A stretch of 64,000 nt of DNA from Laetmonice hystrix (lineage: Eukaryota): the NCBI GenBank assembly GCA_965235115.1, contig OZ249436.1, forward strand, positions 50,036,001-50,100,000, given 5' to 3'. Made by a program: the position numbers and the translations under genes. Shown piece after piece: positions 25,699-38,505 of the stretch. The notes beneath the pieces were generated by a model. It was not told where the DNA came from, searched no databases, and was given only the letters and a program-made list of their open reading frames with translations. How positions within the stretch are numbered: the first letter of the stretch is position 1; each line of letters opens with the position of its first letter.

Positions 25699-26305
25699 AA
25701 GGCCTTCACACACTTGGGCAGTTCACGCCGCGATTTGACGTCGCGTGAAACGCCCGGCGTAACCACTGGGCGTTTCGCCGTGCGATACATGGTTCCCACT
25801 TGCGCGGAAAACGCACGCGGTCATCGCGGTCATGGCTGTTTGTAAAATGGCAAAATGCAAATTGCAATATGTCATACTGTTTCTGTGCATCTTTATAGGA
25901 GGGACATTGTTTGCCGTATAGGCAGGGATTCTTCTCGGTTTCCACTATCAACTGTTCGGTTTTCTGGTCCTCTTCCTTCCGCCCCACCCTGCTGGCTGCT
26001 AGATGGTAAAATGGAATACAGATCACCCAGGGATCATCAGGTGCAAGGTGGTCTGACCACAGATACTGGATGCCTATTGGCTGAATGGATGATCGGTCGA
26101 GGCAACACGCCGCGTGATACGCACAGAAACCTATTCTGAGGTTTCGGTCATTTCACGCTGCGGTCGCAATGTGTGGTTTTTTTTTCGCCAAGCCGAAGTG
26201 TGTGGTTTCCCATTGTAATTCTATTATGGGTTATAACGCGTTTTCGCGACGCGTTTCACGCGACGTCAAATCGCGGCGTGAACTGCCCAAGTGTGTGGAG
26301 GCCTT
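25699..26305. mobile_element. MITE with ~57-bp TIRs
   Basis: aaggccttcacacacttgggcagttcacgccgcgatttgacgtcgcgtgaaacgc versus gcgtttcacgcgacgtcaaatcgcggcgtgaactgcccaagtgtgtggaggcctt. Flanked by TA on both sides (or TAA/TTA, Harbinger-like). Confidence 0.88.
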
Positions 26306-26307
26306 TA

Positions 26308-26604
26308 AAGGCCTAGACACATATGGGCGTCAAGCGGCAAGCGTCGAGCGTCATGCGTCATTTTGAAAATATTATTATTCAGAGCGCCATTTTCAAAATG
26401 ACGCTTGACGCTCGACGCTTGCCGCTTGACGCCCATGTGTGTCTAGGCCGCTCTGAATGCTCAGTATGGTGTTCTAATACACTTTCACATATGGGCGGCG
26501 CGTCAAAAAACAACGCTTCCATACTGAGCATTCAGAGCGTCATCTTCAAAAGGACGCTTGACGCTCGACGCTTGCCTCTTGACACCCATGTGTGTCTAGG
26601 CCTT
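26308..26604. mobile_element. MITE abutting the previous one, with a duplicated right TIR
   Basis: aaggcctagacacatatgggcgtcaagcggcaagcgtcgagcgtca ... tgacgctcgacgcttgcctcttgacacccatgtgtgtctaggcctt|TA. An extra right-TIR copy sits at about 26400-26450. Confidence 0.85.
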
Positions 26605-27045
26605 TAGTGTGGATGGTGAGTCTATGACGACGATGCCAGGTCCTATTTATATTCAGGTTGACCTCAAGGCCAACTTCTAGCAGTTTATCCTGGGCTGAGC
26701 TCAAGGGGTAGAATGCAGGATGCGCGATGCCCCTGGACAACTCAAGATGCATTTGGCATAAATTCGCTCGGTTTCCGTGTTTAGTCGCACCCCGCGAGCA
26801 CTACTGCCAAACCAGAAAGCATGCATGGCCCCAAGGTACGGAAACCGGGTTTCATGTACGACAGCTCCCACTCCCACCTACTAACCGAAATTCAGCTCCA
26901 GTGCTGACGGCCTATTAGTCCTACACGACGTCTGTCACACAATTATTCCATAATCCCACCATGGATGTACGTGTCCGGCCTATTGTGTATGCCAAGCTGG
27001 AATATAGAGCCTCTCATCTATGTAATGTTTGGCTATTATTATTAA

Positions 27046-27276
27046 AGGGAGGGTAATGTGTAGCAGAAAAAAATTGAAAAATATGACAATTTGATTGTTG
27101 GCCAATATATTGCAGAAAAGAGAATCATCTTATGCCTTTTATTAGATACAAACATTACCGTTTTTCTTTCGACTAATGTCAACCAAAAGAAATGGGTAAA
27201 AGACAAGCGAAGAATGATATATTTCTGTGTAGACAGGACAGGTTATCTCTGGAAAATTTCATGTCTTTGATTCCCT
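27046..27276. mobile_element. Family B-related TTAA-flanked element or end
   Basis: TTAA|aggga ... tccct|TTAA. Its right 65 bp is the reverse complement of the family B terminus at 4833. Confidence 0.5.
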
Positions 27277-27280
27277 TTAA

Positions 27281-28183
27281 AAGAAAAGAAAATCGCCAGT
27301 ATGTACAGGCCAGGCACACAGGCCGTGATATTTTAAGCAAGTTAAAAAAGATTTGAACACAATTGGTGCCCAAATAGTTAAGATATAAGCACTTTAGTGC
27401 TGGGGCCTGCTTAGAGCGCTGCTCAGCTGGTGGAGGCTCGTTGGGCTAATCTCAAATTGCGCATGCTCGACCTAGGCCTGACCAATCACAGCACCACTGC
27501 TCTCCAGTTTGGGAGGAACTAAAAACTGACGCACCTGTTGCGTTGAGCGATTCGAAAGGTAGCGAACGTTGACAGCTTATAAGCAAAATTTGTTAGAACA
27601 TAGAGAAAACCATCGATAGTGATGAGGAATGGCTAGGAATTCAGCCAACCGATGTCAGGGGATATATCAGGGTGGACACGGATCTGGGCAGACGTGGGTT
27701 TCGGCCGTCCGCATTCAATTCGTCCAGCTCGGAGGCGTAATGTTGACGGAGCTCAGCGCCACTGGGGCCGGGTCCCACTCTGACTACGACCGCGGGCACT
27801 GGCAGTGTCAGCACCACAGGAGTCAGACTCCTGTGGTCAGCACAGACCTGTTGCGTTTAGTTGTGACTGTGACTGTGGGACTGACCCCCGTCGATTTGCC
27901 CCCCCCCCGCCTCGGCTGCCTTTAGCCTAGTCTAGCCTAGCCCCGGCATGCAATAGATGGCCACAAGGACGTCACTTACTTCCGGTCAGCCCCACAAAGG
28001 CTGCGCCGCTGAAGCCAGTGAATTTTGACTCGGTTGTCATGTTCAACACATGACTTCTTGGAATGGGGGGACAGTTATTTCCAACCAATACTCTGAAAGG
28101 TGAGTATATATATAGACTCTATATATATATAACTATGGAGGCCTTGCAGCTGTCCAAATGTGATTTTTAACTGGACTTCTCCT
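27281..28183 (+). mobile_element. ~0.9-kb TTAA-flanked non-autonomous element (Kolobok-like), family A, copy 1
   Basis: Colinear with the copies at 46387 and 51758. Ends tggacttctcct|TTAA and begins after TTAA at 27277-27280. Confidence 0.85.
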
Positions 28184-28198
28184 TTAAGAAGACGCTAA

Positions 28199-28906
28199 AG
28201 CTGGTGCTACACTAGGCAGGCGATTTGCTTGGGACGACCCATCGCAACCGCGAAGGTGCTGGTGTAGGTCTGGAAATCTACGCCGTTCCCACACTATACT
28301 CTGGTAGATTCCGGGCCTCCCAGAATCTACCCTGGGGTAGTTCCCAGTTCTGGGAGGCAGGGGTAGATTCTGGGAACTACCCCGGGGTAGATTCTGGGAA
28401 CTGCTAGAATCTACCCGGATATAGTTTGAAGAGGGGTAGAGTCTGCAGCTTACACTCGTCTCTCGCTCGTCGCATCGGTAAACTTGGCGATCGAACAGTG
28501 GACCGCCCACCCGATTTGGTTCACCATTTCAACCAACATGGCGCGAAATGTGAATTTCGATGAGCTAGCCGCAGTAGCAATTTCTACATATATATTTTTT
28601 TTGGAGGATCTCCCGCCGCAGGGATCTGAGGGCAGAGCATCACCGTGGTTCAAGAACTAAAACTAGGAGACTCTGCCTCCTTCAAGAACGTATTTAATCA
28701 CATGACATGTATAGCGACTTCTGGTTGGTTGATCCAGTTGTCACGTCACTGCGACGAACGACGGCAAGCAGGAAAACGTTCATTTTTTGCGACGAAGCTG
28801 CGACAACCTTGCGATAGGCGACGGAGCCTGCTACACATTGCGATGCGACCGTGGGAACGTGAAATCGCAACCTAATTGCAGCGTGATCGCAACGGAATCG
28901 CCTAGT
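28199..28906 (+). mobile_element. Degenerate Harbinger-like element remnant
   Basis: TAA|agctggtgctacactaggcaggcgat start with a partial inverted match atcgcctagt at about 28897-28906. An internal peptide, QELKLGDSASFKN, recalls the N-terminal region of Harbinger transposases (from memory). Internal ggtagattc/gaatctacc repeats at about 28300-28445. Confidence 0.35.
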
Positions 28907-29028
28907 TACGTTCACCTTCTCTGTTCCATTAATTATCATATTGTGGTCAGGGTACAGATTTATGCTCACTTTTTTCAGACAGCAACAATTGAGTCGGTTT
29001 AGTAATATCCCATGGACTGCCATAGATT

Positions 29029-32000
29029 CCTACCTCGTGAGATAGACCTACAACTGGCTCGATGCCCCTACCCCATGAGGTAGACCTACAACTGGCTCGA
29101 TGTCCCTACCCCATGAGGTAGACCTACAACTGGCTCGATGTCCCTACCCCATGAGATAGACCTACAACTGGCTCGATGTCCCCACCCCATGAGGTAGACC
29201 TACAACTGGCTCGATGTCCCTACCCCATGAGATAGACCTACAACTGGCTCGATGTCCCTACCCCATGAGATAGACCTACAACTGGCTCGATGTCCCCACC
29301 CCATGAGGTAGACCTACAACTGGCTCGATGTCCCTACCCCATGAGGTAGACCTACAACTGGCTCGATGTCCCTACCCCATGAGGTAGACCTACAACTGGC
29401 TCGATGTCCCTACCCCATGAGGTAGACCTACAACTGGCTCGATGTCCCTACCCCATGAGGTAGACCTACAACTGGCTCGATGTCCCTACCCCATGAGGTA
29501 GACCTACAACTGGCTCGATGTCCCTACCCCATGAGGTAGACCTACAACTGGCTCGATGCCCCCTACCCCATGAGATAGACCTACAACTGGCTCGATGCCC
29601 CTACCCCATGAGGTAGACCTACAACTGGCTCGATGCCCCTACCCCATGAGGTAGACCTACAACTGGCTCGATGTCCCTACCCCATGAGGTAGACCTACAA
29701 CTGGCTCGATGTCCTCACCCCATGAGGTAGACCTACAACTGGCTCGATGTCCCTACCCCATGAGGTAGACCTACAACTGGCTCGATGTCCCCATGAGGTA
29801 GACCTACAACTGGCTCGATGTCCCTACCCCATGAGGTAGACCTACAACTGGCTCGATGTCCTCACCCCATGAGGTAGACCTACAACTGGCTCGATGTCCC
29901 CACCCCATGAGGTAGACCTACAACTGGCTCGATGTCCCTACCCCATGAGGTAGACCTACAACTGGCTCGATGTCCCCATGAGGTAGACCTACAACTGGCT
30001 CGATGTCCTCACCCCATGAGGTAGACCTACAACTGGCTCGATGTCCCCACCCCATGAGGTAGACCTACAACTGGCTCGATGTCCCTACCCCATGAGGTAG
30101 ACCTACAACTGGCTCGATGTCCTCACCCCACGAGGTAGACCTACAACTGGCTCGATGTCCCTACCCCATGAGGTAGACCTACAACTGGCTCGATGTCCTC
30201 ACCCCATGAGGTAGACCTACAACTGGCTCGATGTCCCCATGAGGTAGACCTACAACTGGCTCGATGTCCTCACCCCATGAGGTAGACCTACAACTGGCTC
30301 GATGTCCCTACCCCATGAGGTAGACCTACAACTGGCTCGATGTCCCTACCCCATGAGGTAGACCTACAACTGGCTCGATGTCCCCACCCCATGAGGTAGA
30401 CCTACAACTGGCTCGATGTCCTCACCCCACGAGGTAGACCTACAACTGGCTCGATGTCCCCACCCCATGAGGTAGACCTACAACTGGCTCGATGTCCTCA
30501 CCCCACGAGGTAGACCTACAACTGGCTCGATGTCCTCACCCCATGAGGTAGACCTACAACTGGCTCGATGTCCCCACCCCATGAGGTAGACCTACAACTG
30601 GCTCGATGTCCCTACCCCATGAGGTAGACCTACAACTGGCTCGATGTCCCCATGAGGTAGACCTACAACTGGCTCGATGTCCTCACCCCATGAGGTAGAC
30701 CTACGACTGGCTCGATGTCCTCACCCCATGAGGTAGACCTACAACTGGCTCGATGTCCCTACCCCATGAGGTAGACCTACAACTGGCTCGATGTCCCTAC
30801 CCCATGAGGTAGACCTACAACTGGCTCGATGTCCCTACCCCATGAGGTAGACCTACAACTGGCTCGATGTCCCTACCCCATGAGGTAGACCTACAACTGG
30901 CTCGATGTCCCTACCCCATGAGGTAGACCTACAACTGGCTCGATGTTCCTACCCCATGAGGTAGACCTACAACTGGCTCGATGTCCCTACCCCATGAGGT
31001 AGACCTACAACTGGCTCGATGTCCCCATGAGGTAGACCTACAACTGGCTCGATGTCCCTACCCCATGAGGTAGACCTACAACTGGCTCGATGTCCCTACC
31101 CCATGAGGTAGACCTACAACTGGCTCGATGTTCCTACCCCATGAGGTAGACCTACAACTGGCTCGATGTCCCTACCCCATGAGGTAGACCTACAACTGGC
31201 TCGATGTCCCCATGAGGTAGACCTACAACTGGCTCGATGTCCCCATGAGGTAGACCTACAACTGGCTCGATGTCCCTACCCCATGAGGTAGACCTACAAC
31301 TGGCTCGATGTCCCCATGAGGTAGACCTACAACTGGTTCGATGTCCCCACCCCATGAGGTAGACCTACAACTGGCTCGATGTCCCCACCCCATGAGGTAG
31401 ACCTACAACTGGCTCGATGTCCTCACCCCATGAGGTAGACCTACAACTGGCTCGATGTCCTCACCCCATGAGGTAGACCTACAACTGGCTCGATGTCCCC
31501 ACCCCATGAGGTAGACCTACAACTGCCTCGATGTCCCCACCCCATGAGGTAGACCTACAACTGGCTCGATGTCCCCACCCCATGAGGTAGACCTACAACT
31601 GGCTCGATGTCCCCACCCCATGAGGTAGACCTACAACTGGCTCGATGTCCCCACCCCATGAGGTAGACCTACAACTGGCTCGATGTCCTCACCCCATGAG
31701 GTAGACCTACAACTGGCTCGATGTCCCTACCCCATGAGGTAGACCTACAACTGGCTCGATGTCCCTACCCCATGAGGTAGACCTACAACTGGCTCGATGT
31801 CCCTACCCCATGAGGTAGACCTACAACTGGCTCGATGTCCCCACCCCATGAGGTAGACCTACAACTGGCTCGATGTCCCTACCCCATGAGGTAGACCTAC
31901 AACTGGCTCGATGTCCCCACCCCATGAGGTAGACCTACAACTGGCTCGATGTCCCCACCCCATGAGGTAGACCTACAACTGGCTCGATGTCCTCACCCCA

Positions 32001-33667
32001 TGAGGTAGACCTACAACTGGCTCGATGTCCCTACCCCATGAGGTAGACCTACAACTGGCTCGATGTCCCTACCCCATGAGGTAGACCTACAACTGGCTCG
32101 ATGTCCCTACCCCATGAGGTAGACCTACAACTGGCTCGATGTCCCCACCCCATGAGGTAGACCTACAACTGGCTCGATGTCCCCACCCCATGAGGTAGAC
32201 CTACAACTGGCTCGATGTCCCTACCCCATGAGGTAGACCTACAACTGGCTCGATGGCCCTACCCCATGAGGTAGACCTACAACTGCCTCGATGTCCCCAC
32301 CCCATGAGGTAGACCTACAACTGCCTCGATGTCCCCACCCCATGAGGTAGACCTACAACTGGCTCGATGTCCCTACCCCATGAGGTAGACCTACAACTGG
32401 CTCGATGTCCCCACCCCATGAGGTAGACCTACAACTGGCTCGATGTCCCTACCCCATGAGGTAGACCTACAACTGGCTCGATGTCCCCATGAGGTAGACC
32501 TACAACTGGCTCGATGTCCCTACCCCATGAGGTAGACCTACAACTGCCTCGATGTCCCCACCCCATGAGGTAGACCTACAACTGCCTCGATGTCCCCATG
32601 AGGTAGACCTACAACTGGCTCGATGTCCTCACCCCATGAGGTAGACCTACAACTGGCTCGATGTCCCTACCCCATGAGGTAGACCTACAACTGGCTCGAT
32701 GTCCCCACCCCATGAGGTAGACCTACAACTGGCTCGATGTCCCCACCCCATGAGGTAGACCTACAACTGGCTCGATGTCCTCACCCCATGAGGTAGACCT
32801 ACAACTGGCTCGATGTCCCCATGAGGTAGACCTACAACTGGCTCGATGTCCCCATGAGGTAGACCTACAACTGGCTCGATGTCCTCACCCCATGAGGTAG
32901 ACCTACAACTGGCTCGATGTCCCTACCCCATGAGGTAGACCTACAACTGGCTCGATGTCCCCACCCCATGAGGTAGACCTACAACTGGCTCGATGTCCCC
33001 ACCCCATGAGGTAGACCTACAACTGGCTCGATGTCCCCATGAGGTAGACCTACAACTGGCTCGATGTCCCCATGAGGTAGACCTACAACTGGCTCGATGT
33101 CCTCACCCCATGAGGTAGACCTACAACTGGCTCGATGTCCCTACCTCATGAGGTAGACCTACAACTGGCTCGATGTCCCTACCCCATGAGGTAGACCTAC
33201 AACTGGCTCGATGTCCCCACCCCATGAGGTAGACCTACAACTGGCTCGATGTCCCTACCTCATGAGGTAGACCTACAACTGGCTCGATGTCCCTACCTCA
33301 TGAGGTAGACCTACAACTGGCTCGATGTCCCTACCCCATGAGGTAGACCTACAACTGGCTCGATGTCCCTACCCCATGAGGTAGACCTACAACTGCCTCG
33401 ATGTCCCCACCCCATGAGGTAGACCTACAACTGCCTCGATGTCCCCATGAGGTAGACCTACAACTGGCTCGATGTCCTCACCCCATGAGGTAGACCTACA
33501 ACTGGCTCGATGTCCCTACCCCATGAGGTAGACCTACAACTGGCTCGATGTCCCCACCCCATGAGGTAGACCTACAACTGGCTCGATGTCCTCACCCCAT
33601 GAGGTAGACCTACAACTGGCTCGATGTCCCTACCCCATGAGGTAGACCTACAACTGGCTCGATGTCC
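29029..33667. repeat. 38-bp minisatellite (33-bp variants), about 120 copies
   Basis: Unit atgaggtagacctacaactggctcgatgtccctacccc; atg starts at 29075 and 29113. Lies in the 11.2-kb GPCR intron. Confidence 0.98.
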
Positions 33668-33905
33668 TATGAGGGATGCCAGCCCCCATTTGTGATTCTG
33701 TCTGAGGTATAACAGATCCCATTGGGCAGAACCTCTACATCAGCGTGAAGAACGACATGTCGAAGTTTCGTGATACCTCGCGATCCCAATCACCCACCCA
33801 CTCATTCACCATAGTCCCAGCCTCAATCCCACTCGTCAGTTCGCGCATGACCCAATCAAGTGACAACCCTTCACACCGAGCTCCTATCGAGTCCCACATG
33901 CTTAC

Positions 33906-34022
33906 CTATGACAATGGTCATTTTAAGGGTACGTGTCTTGGCTCGTTCGATGCGACCTATCCCAGAGCGCCTCAAACTGCCGTTCGTGTCTGCGCTGTTG
34001 GTTGTACTCCTGCGCACCTGAT
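33906..34022 (-). CDS. GnRH/AKH-type GPCR exon (ICL3 to start of TM6)
   Basis: 117-nt exon, acceptor tatcacttcag, donor G|gtaagc, phase 1 to 1. Translates (H)QVRRSTTNSADTNGSLRRSGIGRIERAKTRTLKMTIVI(V), with the family LRRS...IERAK.RTLKMT motif. Not in the ORF track. Confidence 0.95.
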
Positions 34023-34543
34023 CTGAAGTGATAGAACATTGGGCAGAGTATGAAGTGGTCCAAGGCTGATATTTAAGAAAAACGAGACCAATGCTTGTGA
34101 AGGATTTTTTGCTGTATGGTATCTGTAAAATGTAACGTACATCTAAATCCCAAAACCGAAAGTAGGCCTATACCAAGTGACATTCACCGTACAAGTCCGA
34201 AGATTTCGATGTTTTTGTGGCATCATATTCTACCCTGGATAGAACTTTAGAAGCACTTAATTAATCGAGTCTTACGGTGCGGATAACCAGAAAGCAGCGG
34301 TCGAGCAGCCACGATTCGAGCTCGGCAATGTTCGGCTGTTCCGGTCGTGGATTTCTAGGTCAGGTCAGGGGTCACCCAATGTTTGGCTGAGATTAAACGA
34401 AGAGAACGATCTCTGTCCAGAGAGTGGAGAAATAGAGTACCAGCCAATCAGATCCCTCGAAATCCTATGTCGTTTGGGGGGGGGGGATTCGCAGCCCCCC
34501 CCCCCCCCCGGACACGCGCAAGCATCCGCTACTGGCTCCGTAC

Positions 34544-34844
34544 TACGGAGCCCTGTTGGGGACATGAAGGGGAAACATTCGTTTCAGGGGGAAAAATTGT
34601 GGTGATCTCGTTACCACTTAGTGCCGTCATTAACTCGTTATTACGACTTAATGACGTCACTAAGTCGTTACTACGAGTTAATCACGTTTTAGAGAAAAAA
34701 GTGGTGATCCCGTAATAACGACTTAGCGACGTCATTAAGTGGTAATAACGAGTTAATGACGTCACTAAGTGGTAAGTACGAAATCACCACAATTATTTTT
34801 CTCTGAAACGATTTTTTTCTTCATGTCCCCAACAGGGCCCCGTA
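34544..34844. mobile_element. Palindromic MITE with internal subrepeats
   Basis: tacggagccctgttggggacatgaag ... cttcatgtccccaacagggccccgta, with arms of about 130 bp. A solo right end of the same family occurs at about 54661-54692. Confidence 0.85.
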
Positions 34845-36920
34845 CTACGTCACTGTAAAAAATGTTTTCTACCGTGCATTATACGCGTATTATTTTCCTC
34901 ATCTTTTCTCGTACTCACTCATGTGCTGAAGATGTACCGGTTACTAAAGCACATTGTTGTATTCGTATAGATTGTAAATACTAGAATCCAGGCATCAATT
35001 TGATTGACATGGTGGTTAGGACGGACTGCATTGAGATTCTATAAGCAATCCCAAATCCACTTAACCGCATTTGTCCGTTCGTGTCTGTTAACTTTCCGAC
35101 ATCTTTGGAACGTAGAAACTGGCGCTTTACAGACTGGACGGAACTAAGCCCTGGGATTAATGAGACCTAATCTTAGGGTAATGCATTAAGACTTAGAAAT
35201 GGGGATGGTAATGGCGTTCCCAATCATGTTGCGAACAGGCGATTTCTTGTGCTATTAACTGATCTTCCTCCCCTCAGCCGTCATTGCTCACAGGTGTTTT
35301 TCGTCTGCTAGAGATGGGATACTGCATGCCGACCGATTAGCTCCGCATTAGACACCACGGATAGAACACTAGATACCGAACTGTGAGGAGTCTTGGATGT
35401 TTCCGGACTGGTGCTGTTTGACTCTAAGCAAACAGCAACTGTCAACATTGGGACAGTAATATAGAAACAAGTGTGTAGGCATACAGCACCGATAGACAGT
35501 ATCAGTGCTCAGAGTTAGAACCATCCCCTACCCCACCCCAACGATCGACCTTTTGGTCTCTCCCTCCTACCTTCAGCTGAACATCACACGCCTCCCTCCT
35601 GGACGAGGTAGCGCGTACCGAATGCCCTTCACAAAGGTCTCGACCATGCAATCGTTTACCACTCCCTACACTCCATCCCTGCTGCCAGGTGATACATCTC
35701 CAAACCTCGAGAAACAAAGGTTTGACCTGGCATACAGACCTGTGCGGAAATGGCATTTCGGAGAACCCCAACGCAACATGTGTGCTCAACAGTCGGATGG
35801 CTACACACAAAGACCAACTACCGCCGCAGGCATTTTGAAACTGTTGTTAAGCTCATTTTTACCTGGATCTGGAAGTAATATTATCTGACTTTATCGCCGT
35901 TCACCGACACTAAAATATTTTTTGCACTAAGGTTTAATGGTTCTCGGATGAAATCTACCAAATAAAGGTACGTTTCTTTTTCGGTGGAATTTATTTTGTT
36001 AGTTGAGTTTCTGTCCATACTGTGAAAGTTCTACACTATTCAGCCTAAAGGATGCAATGTAAAATGGTACGAATCAATACAAGCAGTCTAGACTCTATGG
36101 ACCTCTCCAGGGGCGTAACCAGCAGCCTGGGTCACGGGGGAGGGGGGAGGGTCGTTTTTCACAAGAGCGGAACTCTAGGGGACTTTACCGATATAAAGCG
36201 GAATCGGACAGAAATCTGCCCGGTTTGCTTGGTGTGTACCTGCCTCTATTTCAAATGAGGCAGGGAACCAGCCCGGAGCAGTACTCGAGCTCAAGTGGGC
36301 CCCCCCCCGTTTCGTGCCTGCTCTCGATCCGCCCATTTGTTCACAGTGAACGGCAGTGTGTGCATGGGGTGGCTCTACCTACGAACTATCGTATAAGCTA
36401 ATATCAGTATTCCCTCCACGCTTTAGAACATTCCCATTCGAATGGGGACGTGGAAGGAGAGAGAAAAGGAAAGCTGCCCCACTAACTGAGCCAAGTTTTA
36501 TTACCACCCGACTATCAATGCGTATTTCCATGTACTCAACCAGCACACAAATGTGTTGCATAATGAGCAAGGTTTGTGCGCTTCTTTTCCAGATGTATTA
36601 TTTATATGGGGGAAGAATAACGCCACCAGTATTTTATATCATTGTTATGGCGCAGGTGTGAATGGCGTAGAAAGTACGTCTCGGTGCAGGAGCGGCCGAA
36701 TAGGCATTACAACACGGACCACCTACCATTCCGATGAATGCATGATGAAATATGACCAAGGTTTAATTATTGATACGGCTCATTCGTTTCAATAATAGCT
36801 TGCAGACTCATTCCGAATAACAATGTAAAGTGCGCAAACTAATCTGCCAAAAGGTAGAGATTGGTTTGTTTCTAGGACAATATGATGTAGGATGGGAGAT
36901 AAATATGGAAATAATGTTAA

Positions 36921-37448
36921 AGGGGCATATTATGAGGAAACGTTAAAAATCGGTATTTCATAGAACTTTTGATGTTTTCATAAAGAGATCCTTCATTAAA
37001 ATTGCTTGGTAAACAAAGACAGACTTATCAGTTTCATTTTGCGTGAGAAATCGAAGTTTATTAAGCTCCCTTGCCCGCTTCTCTGCCGATTTCGTAAAAT
37101 ATTTTTTGGGTGGCATTCTGATGCCGGGCAATCGAGTGCCACTGCTGAATTGTTTATAACTAAGCAAAGCACGTGACTAAGCACATGCAGAGAGTGCACA
37201 CACAGGATGTGACACTGTATGCAATTACACGGGTTGATGGGAGGTTGTCCGCCAAATTATGGCGGGAGATGTGCTATCAGGAGAAATCTATAGGTTTGGT
37301 CGTATAGAACCTACTTGTGCTGCATACGCAGCGAAAATACGTCGGAGGACAAAATGTTGTGGTATGATTATTTACTTGGATCCCTAGTACACGGTCATGT
37401 TGGATAATTGACGGAAATCCTCAAAAACGTGTTTTATAGTATGCCCCT
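36921..37448. mobile_element. TTAA-flanked MITE (Kolobok-like)
   Basis: TTAA|aggggcatattatga ... ttatagtatgcccct|TTAA. Confidence 0.8.
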
Positions 37449-37740
37449 TTAATGGCTTGCTTTATTAGCGCTAACGTTTGCGATGGAGTCACTAACCGGC
37501 ATTAGAGTCTCGAATTTTCTCACGACATGTCCTTAGTCAATATCCCTGGATATCACTGGGCATTAAAATAAATTAAAATTAAATTAAAACAAAGGCCCTG
37601 TCAGCTCAGTGTCAGTCGTGAATTTTCAGAAGGATTTTATCTCCACTGCGCACGGAAAGCAGCCATAAGGCGGGCTTTCAGAATGTCCGGAAAGGGAAAG
37701 ATTGTATAGCCCCCTACTGGAATCGAATGCCACCACGTGT

Positions 37741-38505
37741 TTTTATGCCGTGTCGGCTCAGTGTCAGTGGTGAGTGGTATAGCTTTAGGCCGTATACCGA
37801 CTCAGTGTCAGTGGTGAGTGATAGTTTTAGGCTGTGTCGGCTCAGTGTCAGTGGTGGGTTAGTGTTGGTAGTTTTAGGCCGTGTCGGGTCGGTGTCAGTG
37901 GTGAGTGGTAGCTTTAGGCCGTGTCGGCTCAGTGTCAGTGGTGGGTTAGTGTTGGTAGTTTTATGCCGTATCGACTCAGTGTCAGTGGTGAGTGATAGTT
38001 TTAGGCCGTGTCGGCTCAGTGTCAGTGGTGAGTGATAGCTTTAGGCCGTGTCGGCTCAGTGTCAGTGGTGGGTTAGTGTTGGTAGTTTTATGCCGTGTCG
38101 ACTCAGTGTCAGTGGTGAGTGATAGTTTTAGGCCGTGTCGGCTCAGTGTCAGTGGTGGGTTAGTGTTGGTAGTTTTATGCCGTATCGACTCAGTGTCAGT
38201 GGTGAGTGGTAGCTTTAGGCCGTATCGACTCAGTGTCAGTGGTGGGTTAGTGTTGGTAGTTTTAGGCCGTGTCGGCCCAGTGTCAGTGGTGGGTGAGTGT
38301 TGGTAGTTTCATGCCGTGTCGGCCCAGTGTCAGTGGTGGGTTAGTGTTGGTAGTTTTAGGCCGTGTCGGCCCAGTGTCAGTGGTGAGTGATAGTTTTAGG
38401 CTGTGTCGGCTCAGTGTCAGTGGTGGGTTACTGTTGGTAGTTTTAGGCTGTGTCGGCTCAGTGTCAGTGGTGGGTGAGTGTTGGTAGTTTTATGCCGTGT
38501 CGGTT
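37741..38505. repeat. 40/47-bp minisatellite
   Basis: Core ttttaggccgtgtcggctcagtgtcagtggtg plus either agtgatag (40 bp) or ggttagtgttggtag (47 bp), mostly alternating; about 17 units. Confidence 0.95.

Noticed and set aside
37727..38487. Val/Ser-rich repetitive ORFs
   Set aside because: Translations of the 40/47-bp minisatellite.
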